From Thermoleophilia bacterium (GTDB lineage: Bacteria > Actinomycetota > Thermoleophilia > BMS3ABIN01), in the NCBI GenBank assembly GCA_014874265.1, contig JACWAM010000018.1:5955-69954 (forward strand): a stretch of DNA of 64,000 bases, written 5' to 3'. The stretch's first letter is position 1, and the number at the start of each line of letters is the position of its first letter. A program made the position numbers and the translations under genes. This document shows positions 47,828-57,647 of the stretch, in pieces. Below the pieces are notes generated by a model. The model ran no database searches and had not been told where the DNA came from. It was given only the letters and a program-made list of their open reading frames with translations.

Positions 47828-48154
47828 CGGACATCCTCTGCAGTTGCGGACCGGTTTTTATGGTTTTTATCGCTGCCCAGATGTTCGCAGTTTTGTTGCG
47901 GCCCAAACTGAATTTAGCACCCTCCGGCAATCAATGTCAACCAGACAGGACAATGGGGCGACTATTTGGCCAGACCGGAAAATGATCGACCGGAACGTGG
48001 CATTAAATGAGCTGATGGGATGATTTTGACGGTTGTTTCGCTCAATGAGCGTCACCACCGTTGATCACGCTACCCGGTTTGACTGTGACGGGATCGCCTG
48101 ATATCTTTTTTCCTGGAAATTGACGGGGCCGGGTGCCTTTTTCTTCTATCTCGG

Positions 48155-48335
48155 CAGGTAAACCTGCTTGGATGGAGTTCTAAGGAGAATAGGGAAGCCG
48201 GTGCAAATCCGGCGCGGGCCCGCCGCTGTAACCGGGAATCATCCCCTTAGTTACGTCACTGGACGCAAGTCTGGGAAGGCGGGGATTGTCGAAACCCGGG
48301 AGCCAGAAGACCTGCCCGGCAAACTGTAAATGCCG
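48155..48335 (+). promoter_or_regulatory. cobalamin (AdoCbl-type) riboswitch aptamer
   Basis: aatAGGGAAGCCGGTGCAAATCCGGCGCGGGCCCGCCGCTGTAACCGGG ... GTCACTGG ... GGGAAGGCGG ... GAGCCAGAAGACCTGCCCGG. B12-box and flanking conserved blocks are present; this does not match the TPP consensus. Confidence 0.75.
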
Positions 48336-48377
48336 CTCTTCGTGGACGGAGAGGACCGGCTGGCCGGTCTGACTGAT

Positions 48378-48405
48378 AACCCCATGCCTGCGGCGTGGGG
48401 TTTTT
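48378..48405 (+). terminator. intrinsic terminator of the riboswitch expression platform
   Basis: aacccca-tgcctgcggcg-tggggtt followed by TTT. RBS GAGGAGG then ATG 48445 follows. Confidence 0.6.
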
Positions 48406-48444
48406 CGTTCCGAGAGGGCGGCGCTGAACGAGGAGGAAGAAGAT

Positions 48445-49719
48445 ATGGCTACACAATTGGAACGGGCCCGGGCGGGCATTATTACAACAGAAATGGAGAA
48501 GGTGGCAGCTGAGGAGGACCTGTCGCCGGAGCAGATCCGGCAAGGCATGGTTGATGGTTCAATCGTGATTATCAGCGGGAACGGCCGCGCTGAAACCGCC
48601 ACCGGGATTGGGAGAGGCTTAAGAACGAAGGTCAATGCCAGTATTGGCACCTCATCCGACCTGATCGACATTGAGATGGAGCTGGAAAAGGCGGCTGTCG
48701 CGGCGGATACGGGCGCCGATACGCTCATGGAGCTAAGCACCGCCGGCGATCTTGATGATGTTCGCCGGCGCGTCCTGGCCGCAGTTTCCGTGCCGGTGGG
48801 AAATGTCCCTCTGTACCAGGCCAGCGCCGAAGCTGCGGCCAGTCTGGGCTCGAATCTGAAGATGACGGAAGATCTTCTGTTTGAGTTGGTGGAAAGGCAG
48901 TCAGCCGATGGTATCGGTTTCATGGCGATCCACTGTGGTATTAACCGGCTGACGCTAAGCGTCCTCAAGTCGCAAGGAGGGCGCAGCGGCGGTCTGGTAA
49001 GCCGTGGCGGGGCGTTTATGTCGGCATGGATGCAGGCGACTGATTCAGATAACCCGCTTTACGAACAATTTGACCGTCTGATTGAAATTCTGCATCAATA
49101 TGACGTCGTGCTGAGCCTGGGCAACGGCATGCGCGCCGGCGCCGTTAGCGACGCTACCGACAAGGCACAGATCCAGGAGTTAATCATCAACTGTGAACTG
49201 GCGGACCGGGCTCGGGACGCCGGGGTACAAGCGATGCTGGAAGGTCCCGGTCATATCCCCATCGACGAGATCAAGGCCAATGTCATCCTGGAGAAGAAGA
49301 TGAGCGGCGGCAAACCGTTTTATATGCTGGGGCCGATCACGACTGATGTCGCTCCTGGATATGACCATATTACGGCGGCTATCGGGTCTGCCTGGGCAGC
49401 CGCCTACGGTACGGATTTCATCTGTTACGTGACGCCAGCCGAGCACCTGGGCCTCCCCTACCCTGACGATGTGCGCCAGGGGGTCATGTCGTCCCGGATT
49501 GCCGCTCACGTGGGCGATATGATCAAGCTGGGCCGCCGCCAGGCGGATTACGAAATGGGCAAGGCCCGGCGGGATCTGGATTGGGAGAAGCAGTTTGCGC
49601 TGGCGCTTGATCCGGAGCAGGCCCGTTCGGTTCGCGATGCGCGCCCCGGCTCCGGCAGCGAGGGCTGCAGTATGTGCGGCGATCAGTGCGCTTTAAAGGT
49701 CGGAGAAGCCGCCTGCTAG
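48445..49719 (+). CDS. ThiC-family radical-SAM enzyme; candidate 5-hydroxybenzimidazole synthase (BzaF-like) rather than thiamin ThiC
   Basis: 424 aa ThiC fold with C-terminal CSMCGDQC Cys cluster. Preceded by a cobalamin riboswitch. Confidence 0.6.
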   Translation: MATQLERARAGIITTEMEKVAAEEDLSPEQIRQGMVDGSIVIISGNGRAETATGIGRGLRTKVNASIGTSSDLIDIEMELEKAAVAADTGADTLMELSTAGDLDDVRRRVLAAVSVPVGNVPLYQASAEAAASLGSNLKMTEDLLFELVERQSADGIGFMAIHCGINRLTLSVLKSQGGRSGGLVSRGGAFMSAWMQATDSDNPLYEQFDRLIEILHQYDVVLSLGNGMRAGAVSDATDKAQIQELIINCELADRARDAGVQAMLEGPGHIPIDEIKANVILEKKMSGGKPFYMLGPITTDVAPGYDHITAAIGSAWAAAYGTDFICYVTPAEHLGLPYPDDVRQGVMSSRIAAHVGDMIKLGRRQADYEMGKARRDLDWEKQFALALDPEQARSVRDARPGSGSEGCSMCGDQCALKVGEAAC

Positions 49720-49752
49720 GCCTGCCAGGAAGAAGCCAAAGCCAGAAAGCCA

Positions 49753-49785
49753 GAAAGGGCGGATATTCAATCCGCCCTTTCTTAA
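49753..49785. terminator. hairpin gaaagggcgga-tattcaa-tccgccctttc between the convergent ThiC-paralog and dsrE-like genes
   Basis: 10-bp stem followed by a TTTCTT tract; usable on both strands. Confidence 0.6.
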
Positions 49786-49819
49786 TACCTACCTACGCCT
49801 TCTTTGCCGGTGAGTCACG

Positions 49820-50287
49820 TCAGATAAACAGGCTCATGTCGGCATCGACGGCGTAATCAAGGAACGCGCCGGCGCCACAGGTCGGCTCTACTTCATCAAT
49901 CAGATCTTCGGGATTAATGCCCATGATGTCGAGCGTCAGCTGACAGGGCCACATTTTGACACCGGTTTCATGACATATCTCGATAAATTCAGGGATAGAC
50001 GGCGTGTTTGACTTCTTGATCATATCCTTCATCATCTTGGTTGCCATCGCCGTCATGCCAGGAAGCATACCAACAATGTTCGGCACGGACACTGGCATCG
50101 CTGGATTGGCGATTGGCGACACCTTTAGGTTGGCATATTTCTTTTTGTTGACAATATCCAGCCCGTAAAAAGTGAAAAAGATGCCGCATTCCATGTCCAG
50201 CGCCGCGGCGGTGCTAGCCAGGATAAATACCGGGTACGCCATATCCAGCGTTCCCTTGGACGCGATAATCGCTAAACGCTTAGCCAT
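49820..50287 (-). CDS. DsrE/DsrF-like family protein (COG2044-type)
   Basis: 155 aa, MAKRLAIIASKGTLDMAYPVFILASTAAALDMECGIFFTFYGL. Confidence 0.65.
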   Translation of the reverse strand: MAKRLAIIASKGTLDMAYPVFILASTAAALDMECGIFFTFYGLDIVNKKKYANLKVSPIANPAMPVSVPNIVGMLPGMTAMATKMMKDMIKKSNTPSIPEFIEICHETGVKMWPCQLTLDIMGINPEDLIDEVEPTCGAGAFLDYAVDADMSLFI

Positions 50288-50295
50288 CTAGTAGC

Positions 50296-50550
50296 TCACT
50301 TCCCTTTCCGAACAAAGAAGTGAAATACTTCACCGCCTTCTTCTTCAGTGAAGCCCAGAAACTCGTTACCCGACCTTTTTGCCCACGCCGGCATATCCCC
50401 CTTCGAACCGGCATCAGTACCGATTACCTCGAGCACCTGGCCGGGTTCAAGAGCGTCCATCGCCTTTTTTGCCTTCACTACCGGCATCGGGCAACACAGC
50501 CCCTTTACGTCAAGAACAGAATCCGGCTTTACATCGATTGTCTCTGCCAT
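50296..50550 (-). CDS. tusA: TusA-like sulfurtransferase
   Basis: MAETIDVKPDSVLDVKGLCCPMPVVKAKKAM, CPxP motif. Start chosen at MAETID, the internal Met of track ORF 50296..50580. Confidence 0.8.
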   Translation of the reverse strand: MAETIDVKPDSVLDVKGLCCPMPVVKAKKAMDALEPGQVLEVIGTDAGSKGDMPAWAKRSGNEFLGFTEEEGGEVFHFFVRKGK

Positions 50551-50918
50551 TATTCCTCCCAGGTGGTTGAAATTAAACATCTATTGGACGCCAGAAAACT
50601 GAAAAGGGTCCAATAATGACCGGCCGTTTATCATAAAATATTTTTGGCCCTAATTACCACCTCCTCCAGGCCGGTTTTTTTACTGATAGTTAAGAAACAC
50701 TGAACATTTCCTGTTATCGTTCGATTCGGGCACAGCGACTGGCAGTTGGATAGATGGATTATTTTTTATTATATCATAGCCATTTGCAGGCAAATTGTCG
50801 CAAGAGCTTACTCAGGGAGTCGGGAAATTTAACTAAAGTTAATTTATCATATCTGGCAATTTTGAAGCTTTGGGCTATAATTCATATGCACGGGGTTAAT
50901 TTGAGTGAGGGGATAGGA

Positions 50919-51965
50919 ATGGTCAAGAAGTTTTTTTCCATCACAATCATCGCCGCGATTGTTTTCGCGGTTGCCTTCTTTGCCACAGGATGCTCGAGCC
51001 TGCCCGATAATGCTGCGGCGTCCGTCAACGGGGTAATCATCACCAAGGCTGCCGTCAGGGACAGGCTGCGTCAAATTGTTGGCATGTCGCCGGGGATGAT
51101 CTCGCCTGATCCCAGTAGTCAGCAGTACAGGGACAGCTTGCGGGATATCACCTCTCAAATGGTAAATGAGGAAATTGAGCGGCAGGAAGCGGCGAAAAGA
51201 AACATAACCGTCTCCGATAATGAGGTTACCAAGGAGCTGGATCAGGTCATCGAAGATAACTTTTACGGCGACGCCTCCAAACTGCAGGATTTTCTCAGTA
51301 AACGCAACGTCACGGTAAACGACGTGCGGGCTGACTTGAAGCGCCGCATTATGCACCAGAAGGTGTTGGATTCAGTCAAGGCCGGGGTAAAGGTCACCGA
51401 CGCCGATGTCCAGGCGGTGTATCAGCAAAACATTAGCAATTATGTTCATCCGGAACGGCGGCAGGTACGCGAGATCGTATTGGCTGATCAGGCCACCGCA
51501 CAGCAGATCGAAAGCCGCCTCGCCGGCGGCGAGGATTTCTCCACCCTTGCCGGCCAGAATTCGATAGATCCAAAGACAAAGAATAACGGTGGCTTTGTAG
51601 GCATAGTCAGCAAGGATTCCCTGCCTCCGGCCGTGGGCGACGCCGCGTTTTCGCTGAAAGTGAACCAGGTGTCGGCGCCGGTGCAGACAGATCAGGGGTG
51701 GTACATCGTTAAGGTGGAGCTGATCCAGCCGCCGTTGAACCAGTCTTATGACAGTGTCAAGAAACAGCTGACTGATTCAATCACCAATCAGAAATTCTCG
51801 CAGGCGTGGGCGGATTATGAAAAACAGATTCATGACCGCTACACCGTGCAGTTTGCCGACGGTTACTCGCCCCGGACCACAGCGGAAACGGGAACGTCCT
51901 CGACGGGGTCTTCCCTTGGTAGCGGCCAGGCCGGCCAGACACAAACCACTCCCCAGGCTCCGTAA
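50919..51965 (+). CDS. PrsA/SurA-like peptidyl-prolyl isomerase lipoprotein (parvulin domain)
   Basis: MVKKFFSITIIAAIVFAVAFFATGCSS lipobox, parvulin GGFVGIVSKDSLPPAVGDAAFSLKVNQVSAPVQTDQGWYIVKVE. RBS GAGGGGA before ATG 50919. The track ORF starts further upstream. Confidence 0.75.
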   Translation: MVKKFFSITIIAAIVFAVAFFATGCSSLPDNAAASVNGVIITKAAVRDRLRQIVGMSPGMISPDPSSQQYRDSLRDITSQMVNEEIERQEAAKRNITVSDNEVTKELDQVIEDNFYGDASKLQDFLSKRNVTVNDVRADLKRRIMHQKVLDSVKAGVKVTDADVQAVYQQNISNYVHPERRQVREIVLADQATAQQIESRLAGGEDFSTLAGQNSIDPKTKNNGGFVGIVSKDSLPPAVGDAAFSLKVNQVSAPVQTDQGWYIVKVELIQPPLNQSYDSVKKQLTDSITNQKFSQAWADYEKQIHDRYTVQFADGYSPRTTAETGTSSTGSSLGSGQAGQTQTTPQAP

Positions 51966-52235
51966 GAACCGTCACGTCAGGCAGCGAAAATCCCTGTCCC
52001 GACGGTTAATTCCATCCGTAAACAAGGCCGGGCAGATTTACGCTGCCCGGGCCGCGGTCCCTCTTGCCGCCGCCGCCGGCCAATGATAAAATCTGGAACT
52101 CTTTAGCGATTCAGCTGTTGCCGTCTCCTGGCATTAATCAAGATATTATCAAATGAGGCCGCTTCCGGGCGGTAACCTGAGTTTTATTGCAGCTATGCAC
52201 GGTTAGCGTCAACGCTGAAGATCGGAAACGTTATT

Positions 52236-53177
52236 TTGGGGGGCATCATCAACGCCGCAGTCATCGAAACCAAGGATCTTTCCAAGATTTACGGTTATGG
52301 CGATAGCGAAATAGCAGCTGTTGACAAATTGAGTTTGAGCGTTGGTAAAGGAGAGATTGTTGGTATTCTCGGTCCGAATGGCTCCGGCAAGACGACGGCG
52401 ATGCGGATGCTGGCAGGAATCGTCTTCCCCACTTCCGGCACCGTCAGTTTATTGGGAAGGCAGCCGAATGACCTTTGGGTAAAGCACCGTATCGGTTACC
52501 TTCCCGAGACGCTCCAGTTCAGATCGTCGATCCGGGCGGATGAATTTCTTGACTTTCATGCCCAATTATATGGGATCGGCAAGGACGCGAGAAGTCGCCG
52601 GATTGATGAAGTTCTCCAAGCGGTGGGCTTGATAGAGAACGCGCAATCGCGTGTCAGGACTTTTTCCAAGGGGATGCTGCAAAGAATTGCTCTGGCTCAA
52701 GCCATCCTTCATGAGCCGCAGCTCTTGTTTCTGGATGAGCCTGCGTCGGCCCTTGATCCCGCCGGCCGCCGCCATTTGCGGGAGCTGCTCTTGAGCATGC
52801 AAGAGAGAGGAGCAACAATTTTCATCAACTCGCATCAGCTGTCCGAGGTGGAGTTGATCTGCTCGCGCGTCGGCATTATGCGGCGGGGCAGATTAATCAA
52901 AATTGACGATCTCGAATCAATGTTAAAACCGGTTCATCAGGTGGATGTCAAGGTTACAGGTTTGCCGGAATCATCCCTGGCACTAATAAAAAAGCTGGCG
53001 GTCAAGGTTGTTGACAAAGGCGGCGGAGTTTTAACTGTCAGCCTTAGGCGCGAGGAAAATGTCTCCGAGCTGGCCGAAATCATCGTGCATAGCGGCGCCG
53101 ACTTGCAAGAATTTACGCCGCGCAGGCAGGATCTGGAGTCGGCATTCCTGGAGGAGATTGAGGGAGTGGAGAGATGA
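52236..53177 (+). CDS. ABC transporter ATP-binding protein
   Basis: GPNGSGKTT Walker A, LSKGMLQRIALAQAIL signature, LLFLDEP Walker B. Confidence 0.85.
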   Translation: MGGIINAAVIETKDLSKIYGYGDSEIAAVDKLSLSVGKGEIVGILGPNGSGKTTAMRMLAGIVFPTSGTVSLLGRQPNDLWVKHRIGYLPETLQFRSSIRADEFLDFHAQLYGIGKDARSRRIDEVLQAVGLIENAQSRVRTFSKGMLQRIALAQAILHEPQLLFLDEPASALDPAGRRHLRELLLSMQERGATIFINSHQLSEVELICSRVGIMRRGRLIKIDDLESMLKPVHQVDVKVTGLPESSLALIKKLAVKVVDKGGGVLTVSLRREENVSELAEIIVHSGADLQEFTPRRQDLESAFLEEIEGVER

Positions 53178-53986
53178 AGGCATGGCCGTTGGCTCTTTAT
53201 ACCCTCAAGGTAACGCTGAAATCCAAAGCCACAATCGCGGGCCTGTTTGTCAGCCTCATTTACCTGACGATCATTCCTGCTATCAGCTCAGCCGGGGAAG
53301 GCACCGCTGTTTCCGGAAACGTGGGAGCCGGCGCCGCGGGACTGGATTTTCTCAGGTTTGCTCTTGGAGGCCTCGATTTTATTGGCATGATAATGGCGGT
53401 TTTTATTTCATTGGGCTCGATCCATAACGAGATTGAGAGCGGGATGATGGGAGTCATCGCCACCAAACCAATCCGCCGCTGGCAGATAATTGCCGGCAAA
53501 TGGACGGGACACGCCCTCTTGATGACAATTTATGTTTTTGCTATTGGATTCATTCTCTGGCTGCCGCTAACACTGAGCACGGGCATACACGCATGGAGTT
53601 TTGCTCCAGCCACCGCCCTGGTTGGCTTGAACCTGATGGCGATGATCGCGCTGACGCTGGCCCTGTCAATATACATGCCGGCCGTCTCCAATGGCCTTGT
53701 TGTTTTTATAATATTTGCCCTCACATCGAGTCTGCGCGTTGTAAACGCCATCAGTGGCTTCTCCAGCGGCATTCCAGGCGCTGTCAGCGCCGATCTGTTC
53801 CGTATGTTGCTGCCGGTGGGGCCGGTCGCAGCCGAAGCGGCCAACCTGATGGGAGGCAAAGTTGACCCAGACGCCCAGACCGCCTTTTTCCTGACGGGAA
53901 CCTGGTCATTTGTATATGAGATCATTTATATCGGCGCTCTGATTTTGATTGCCTCGCTGGCTTTTCAGAAATTGGATCTTGACTGA
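53174..53986 (+). CDS. ABC-2-type transporter permease
   Basis: 270 aa with 6 TM helices, translationally coupled to the ATPase. Confidence 0.65.
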   Translation: MKAWPLALYTLKVTLKSKATIAGLFVSLIYLTIIPAISSAGEGTAVSGNVGAGAAGLDFLRFALGGLDFIGMIMAVFISLGSIHNEIESGMMGVIATKPIRRWQIIAGKWTGHALLMTIYVFAIGFILWLPLTLSTGIHAWSFAPATALVGLNLMAMIALTLALSIYMPAVSNGLVVFIIFALTSSLRVVNAISGFSSGIPGAVSADLFRMLLPVGPVAAEAANLMGGKVDPDAQTAFFLTGTWSFVYEIIYIGALILIASLAFQKLDLD

Positions 53987-54196
53987 GTTACCTTTTGGAT
54001 ATCGTTTCAAATTTCGGGTTTTGCTCCATGTTGCTGTTTTGTTTAACGTTTGAGGTTAAAGGTTAGGCGTCTGACCAGAAATTTGCTAAAACATTAAACG
54101 TTAAACGTTCAGCTGAAGGTATATCTTGTTTCGACTGCGCCACGAATCAGCTATCCGGGAATCAAGGCCTTCAATACTATGTTCATTTAGGCTAGA

Positions 54197-54700
54197 ATGT
54201 TGCTCATGTTTGGCAGGAGCCTCAAACTGATTATACTGACGGTGATGGCGCCGGTTTTCCTGATGCTTGCTTCGGGGTGCGGGGGTAACGCTGGCGTCAG
54301 GACGAGCACCTCCAAGGTTGTGGCAAATAAACCGAGCCCCACCGCGCCTGCCGCAAATAATTGCGCGTCAGCTCCCGGAATCATTCCCAAAACCGCACCC
54401 GGCGTGCCGATGATCGTCGAGTTTTACCGGGACACGTGACTTACCTGCCAGCAGGAGAAGCCCATCGTGGATGAGCTGGAAAAAGACTATCAGGGAGAAA
54501 TAACCTTTGTCAGGCTGGATGAAGAAAGCCCGTCATCCGGCCAGGCGGTGGTATGCCAGGCAAGCAAGTTCGGCCTTGCAAGCACTCCCGGCTTTGTTTT
54601 TTATGACGCCACGGGTAACAAGACAGGTGCGGTCGATTCCTTCCAGACGCGAGCGCAGCTGCAACAGCAAATAACCGACCTGCTGCAAGGAAACGCATAA
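54197..54700 (+). CDS. thioredoxin-fold lipoprotein with in-frame TGA at 54437..54439 (candidate selenoprotein, U-L-T-C redox motif)
   Basis: Track ORFs 54197..54439 and 54467..54700 share one frame, separated only by TGA. The joined protein ...PMIVEFYRDT-[TGA]-LTCQQEKPIVDELEKDYQGEITFVRLDEES... aligns with this genome's TrxA ([40 protein letters not shown]), and TGA falls exactly on the first Cys of CxxC. N-terminal lipobox LASGCGG. Confidence 0.6.
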
Positions 54701-54721
54701 ATCCTGGATTCTTCTTTAAGG

Positions 54722-55138
54722 TTAAATTATCCGGTCGGCGGCCGCCAGTTCTTGAAAGTTAACGCTTCTTAGCCTTTCTTCCAGGTCAGCTGTCATCTTG
54801 TGCCAGAACTGATGCAGACGGCAGGCCTGGCCTTCATTAAAGCACTCACCGGGACGGATCAAACAGCGGTTTAACAGGATCTGCCCTTCGACCGCTTCAA
54901 CCACCTCGAGCAGATTGATCTGGCTTGGCAGGCGCGAAAGCGAGACGCCACCCTGGCTTCCCCTCATGGTCCTGATCAGGCCCGCCCGGGCCAGCGCCCG
55001 GATGATTGACGGCAGATAGTTCTCGGGAATATTTTGGCCCCGGGCTATATCCTCCGTGTGGAAATATCTTCCCGGCGACGCTTTGGCCAGCTCAACCATG
55101 GTTCTGACGGCGTAATCAGCCTGACGGCTTAACTCCAT
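54722..55138 (-). CDS. Rrf2-family transcriptional regulator (3 Cys)
   Basis: MELSRQADYAVRTMVELA... with Cys ligands CLIRPGECFNEGQAC. Confidence 0.8.
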   Translation of the reverse strand: MELSRQADYAVRTMVELAKASPGRYFHTEDIARGQNIPENYLPSIIRALARAGLIRTMRGSQGGVSLSRLPSQINLLEVVEAVEGQILLNRCLIRPGECFNEGQACRLHQFWHKMTADLEERLRSVNFQELAAADRII

Positions 55139-55305
55139 TCTTCCTCCCCCGGGGTCAATGACACTAATAAAAATAATAAAATTAGATTGGTAGACTTTAG
55201 ATCAGAAATGGAATCGTGTCAAATCAAAGTGAGCAGCCGGGAGAATTGTGATATCCGTTAAGTCGAGTTGAAGCGCTGCGCAGGCGAAGGGCGGAGGCGG
55301 TTTTC

Positions 55306-55785
55306 CTAGAACTCGGATACGAGGAATTTATACGTTTCTTCGAGAGCTTGCGGGACGACGCGGATGTCGTCCAGCACCGGCATAAAATTATTGTCTCCCT
55401 GCCAGCGGGGAACAACGTGCATATGCAGGTGTTCCTTTATGCTGGATCCCGCGACCTCCCCCAGGTTCAGGCCGACGTTTAAGGCTTGCGCCGCCATCTT
55501 CTTCTTGAGCACGGCGGCACATTTTTGCGTCAACTCCATGACTTCGGCGGCGGTAGGCGTGTCCAGGTTTTCCAGTTCCGAAATGTGCGGGTACGGAGCT
55601 ACCATCAGATGGCCGGGATTGTATGGATAGAGATTCATAATGACAAAAGCAAGCCGGCCGCGATAAAGAACCAGATTTGCCTCATCGTTATCCTCTTCGA
55701 TCACGCGGCAAAAAAGACAGGTTTCTTCCTTCTCACCCAGGATGTATGATATGCGCCACGGCGCCCAGATCGGCCTGTCAGTCAT
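55306..55785 (-). CDS. HIT-family (histidine triad) protein
   Basis: CLFCRV...HLHMHVVPR. Confidence 0.8.
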   Translation of the reverse strand: MTDRPIWAPWRISYILGEKEETCLFCRVIEEDNDEANLVLYRGRLAFVIMNLYPYNPGHLMVAPYPHISELENLDTPTAAEVMELTQKCAAVLKKKMAAQALNVGLNLGEVAGSSIKEHLHMHVVPRWQGDNNFMPVLDDIRVVPQALEETYKFLVSEF

Positions 55786-55841
55786 TCCCTAACCCCAGTT
55801 ACAAGTTAAAAGTTAACGGTTTCCAGTTATTGTGTTTACGT

Positions 55842-55865
55842 AAAACGCTTCAGGTTAAGCGTTTA
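55842..55865 (-). terminator. hairpin aaacgctt-caggtt-aagcgttt followed by a U-rich tract downstream of tRNA-Arg(CCG)
   Basis: 8-bp stem. On the minus strand it is followed by UUUACG. Confidence 0.4.
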
Positions 55866-55887
55866 TCGTTTTCAACCATCTGCTCTT

Positions 55888-55964
<77 letters not shown>

Positions 55965-56040
55965 ATTGAGACAGTTTATTGATGGTGAACTTTGGACGGT
56001 CGTATCTGCCATCTATCATCCACAATCTGCCATCCGTTTT

Positions 56041-56134
56041 TGGCGGAGAGGGAGGGATTCGAACCCTCGAGACGAGTCAACCCCGCCTACACGATTTCCA
56101 GTCGTGCTCCTTCGGCCAACTCGGACACCTCTCC
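56041..56134 (-). tRNA. tRNA-Ser (anticodon GGA)
   Basis: 94 nt, long variable arm, anticodon loop CUGGAAA, GGAGAGG acceptor stem, CCA encoded. Confidence 0.9.
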
Positions 56135-56198
56135 CTGAAGCGGATGCTGGATGCTGGAAAAACCGGATCCTGGTCCCAGTGTCTTCTGTCCGCTTTTT

Positions 56199-56292
<94 letters not shown>

Positions 56293-56375
56293 ATCTTAAA
56301 AATGTGTCACGTTTCGCTTTAACGATCTTAGCATTAAACGTTGAACTTGCTTAACGATCTAGTTTAGCGGAAAGG

Positions 56376-57647
56376 ATGGGCAGGGGAAAAGTAGAACTAA
56401 TATCCACTGCCATGGCGATAACCAGCATTGAGAAATATGAATCCTTGATCGGGGTAGAAGCCACCGAGCGCATCCTCCGCAAAGCGGCGCCGCTAATGGG
56501 GGCTCGGGTGGCATGCGTCAATTCGACCTATTACGGAGGCGGGGTTAGCGAGATTCTCGATCCATTGACGTTGCTTTTTGATAGTGTTGGTATCTCGGTG
56601 GAATGGCGTGTAATCATGGGGTCGCCCGACTTCTTCAGCATTACCAAGAAGATGCACAACGCCCTGCAGGGCGACCGTATCAACCTCTCCCTCCGGAAAA
56701 AGCGCATATATGAACGGACCACGTTTGAAAACGCGGTTCGCAACCAGCTTGACCACGATTATGTCATAGTACATGATCCGCAGCCGCTGGCTTTAATCGA
56801 GCACTATTCCCGGAAGGGTCCCTGGATCTGGCATTGCCATCCTGATATGTCGCAGCCAAATCCGGAGATCTGGAGCTACCTGCGCCCCTTTGTTGATCAA
56901 TATCAGGCCGCCATCTTTAGCATTCCGGCGTACCGCCAGGAACTGGACATCCCGCAGCTGTTTATTCAGCCGGCAATTGATCCCTTTTCCATAAAAAACA
57001 GAAAGCTCGACCGCAAGGTCATCGCGGACCGGCTCCGGCGTTACGGGATTCCAACCGATCTGCCGCTGGTGGCGCAAGTTTCCCGCTTTGACCGCTGGAA
57101 GGATCCCGAAGGGGTTATCGAGTCTTTCCGGCTGGCGCGAAAGCAGGTAGACTGCACCCTGGTGCTGCTGGGAGATGTCGCCACCGATGACCCTGAAGGC
57201 GAGGAGGTCTACCGTTCGCTGCTTGGCTCCCGTGAAGAGCGCATCATTATCCTCAGCCGTCAGGATTCAGCTCTGGTAAATGCGTTGCAGCAAAGCGCTA
57301 CGGTTATTTTGCAGAAATCCATCAAGGAAGGGTTCGGCATCACCGTTTCGGAAGCGTTGTGGAAAGGAACCCCGGTGATTGGTGGCAACGTGGGCGGCAT
57401 TCCATATCAGATCAAGGATGGCATCAATGGTTTTCTGGTTTCTACGATCGAAGAAGCGGCGGATAGAATAGTCCGGTTGCTGCATGACAGCGAGCTTCGC
57501 CGGCAGATGGGACATGGCGGCCGGAGGAGGGTCAAGGAGCAGTTTCTGATGAGCCGGCTGCTGGAAGATTATCTGGACCTGCTGGGATCTTTCGAGACCG
57601 TTTACCGGATGAAACAGGAGCCGCCGGCGGGATCGGAAGGCGGCTGA
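56376..57647 (+). CDS. glycosyltransferase family 4 (GT-B, retaining) protein
   Basis: 423 aa, N-terminal NSTYYGGGVSEIL and C-terminal EGFGITVSEALWKGTPVIGGNVGG, the EX7E-like motif region. Confidence 0.7.
   Translation: MGRGKVELISTAMAITSIEKYESLIGVEATERILRKAAPLMGARVACVNSTYYGGGVSEILDPLTLLFDSVGISVEWRVIMGSPDFFSITKKMHNALQGDRINLSLRKKRIYERTTFENAVRNQLDHDYVIVHDPQPLALIEHYSRKGPWIWHCHPDMSQPNPEIWSYLRPFVDQYQAAIFSIPAYRQELDIPQLFIQPAIDPFSIKNRKLDRKVIADRLRRYGIPTDLPLVAQVSRFDRWKDPEGVIESFRLARKQVDCTLVLLGDVATDDPEGEEVYRSLLGSREERIIILSRQDSALVNALQQSATVILQKSIKEGFGITVSEALWKGTPVIGGNVGGIPYQIKDGINGFLVSTIEEAADRIVRLLHDSELRRQMGHGGRRRVKEQFLMSRLLEDYLDLLGSFETVYRMKQEPPAGSEGG

Noticed and set aside
48155-48440. A TPP (THI-box) riboswitch was expected upstream of a thiC-like gene.
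   Set aside because: No CUGAGA/ACCUGAUCUGGAUAAUGCCAGCG-type blocks are present. The conserved blocks match the cobalamin riboswitch instead.
48180-48968. 262-aa minus-strand ORF across the thiC-paralog leader.
   Set aside because: It overlaps a well-supported + strand gene and the cobalamin riboswitch, and its composition is typical of an antisense GC-rich frame.
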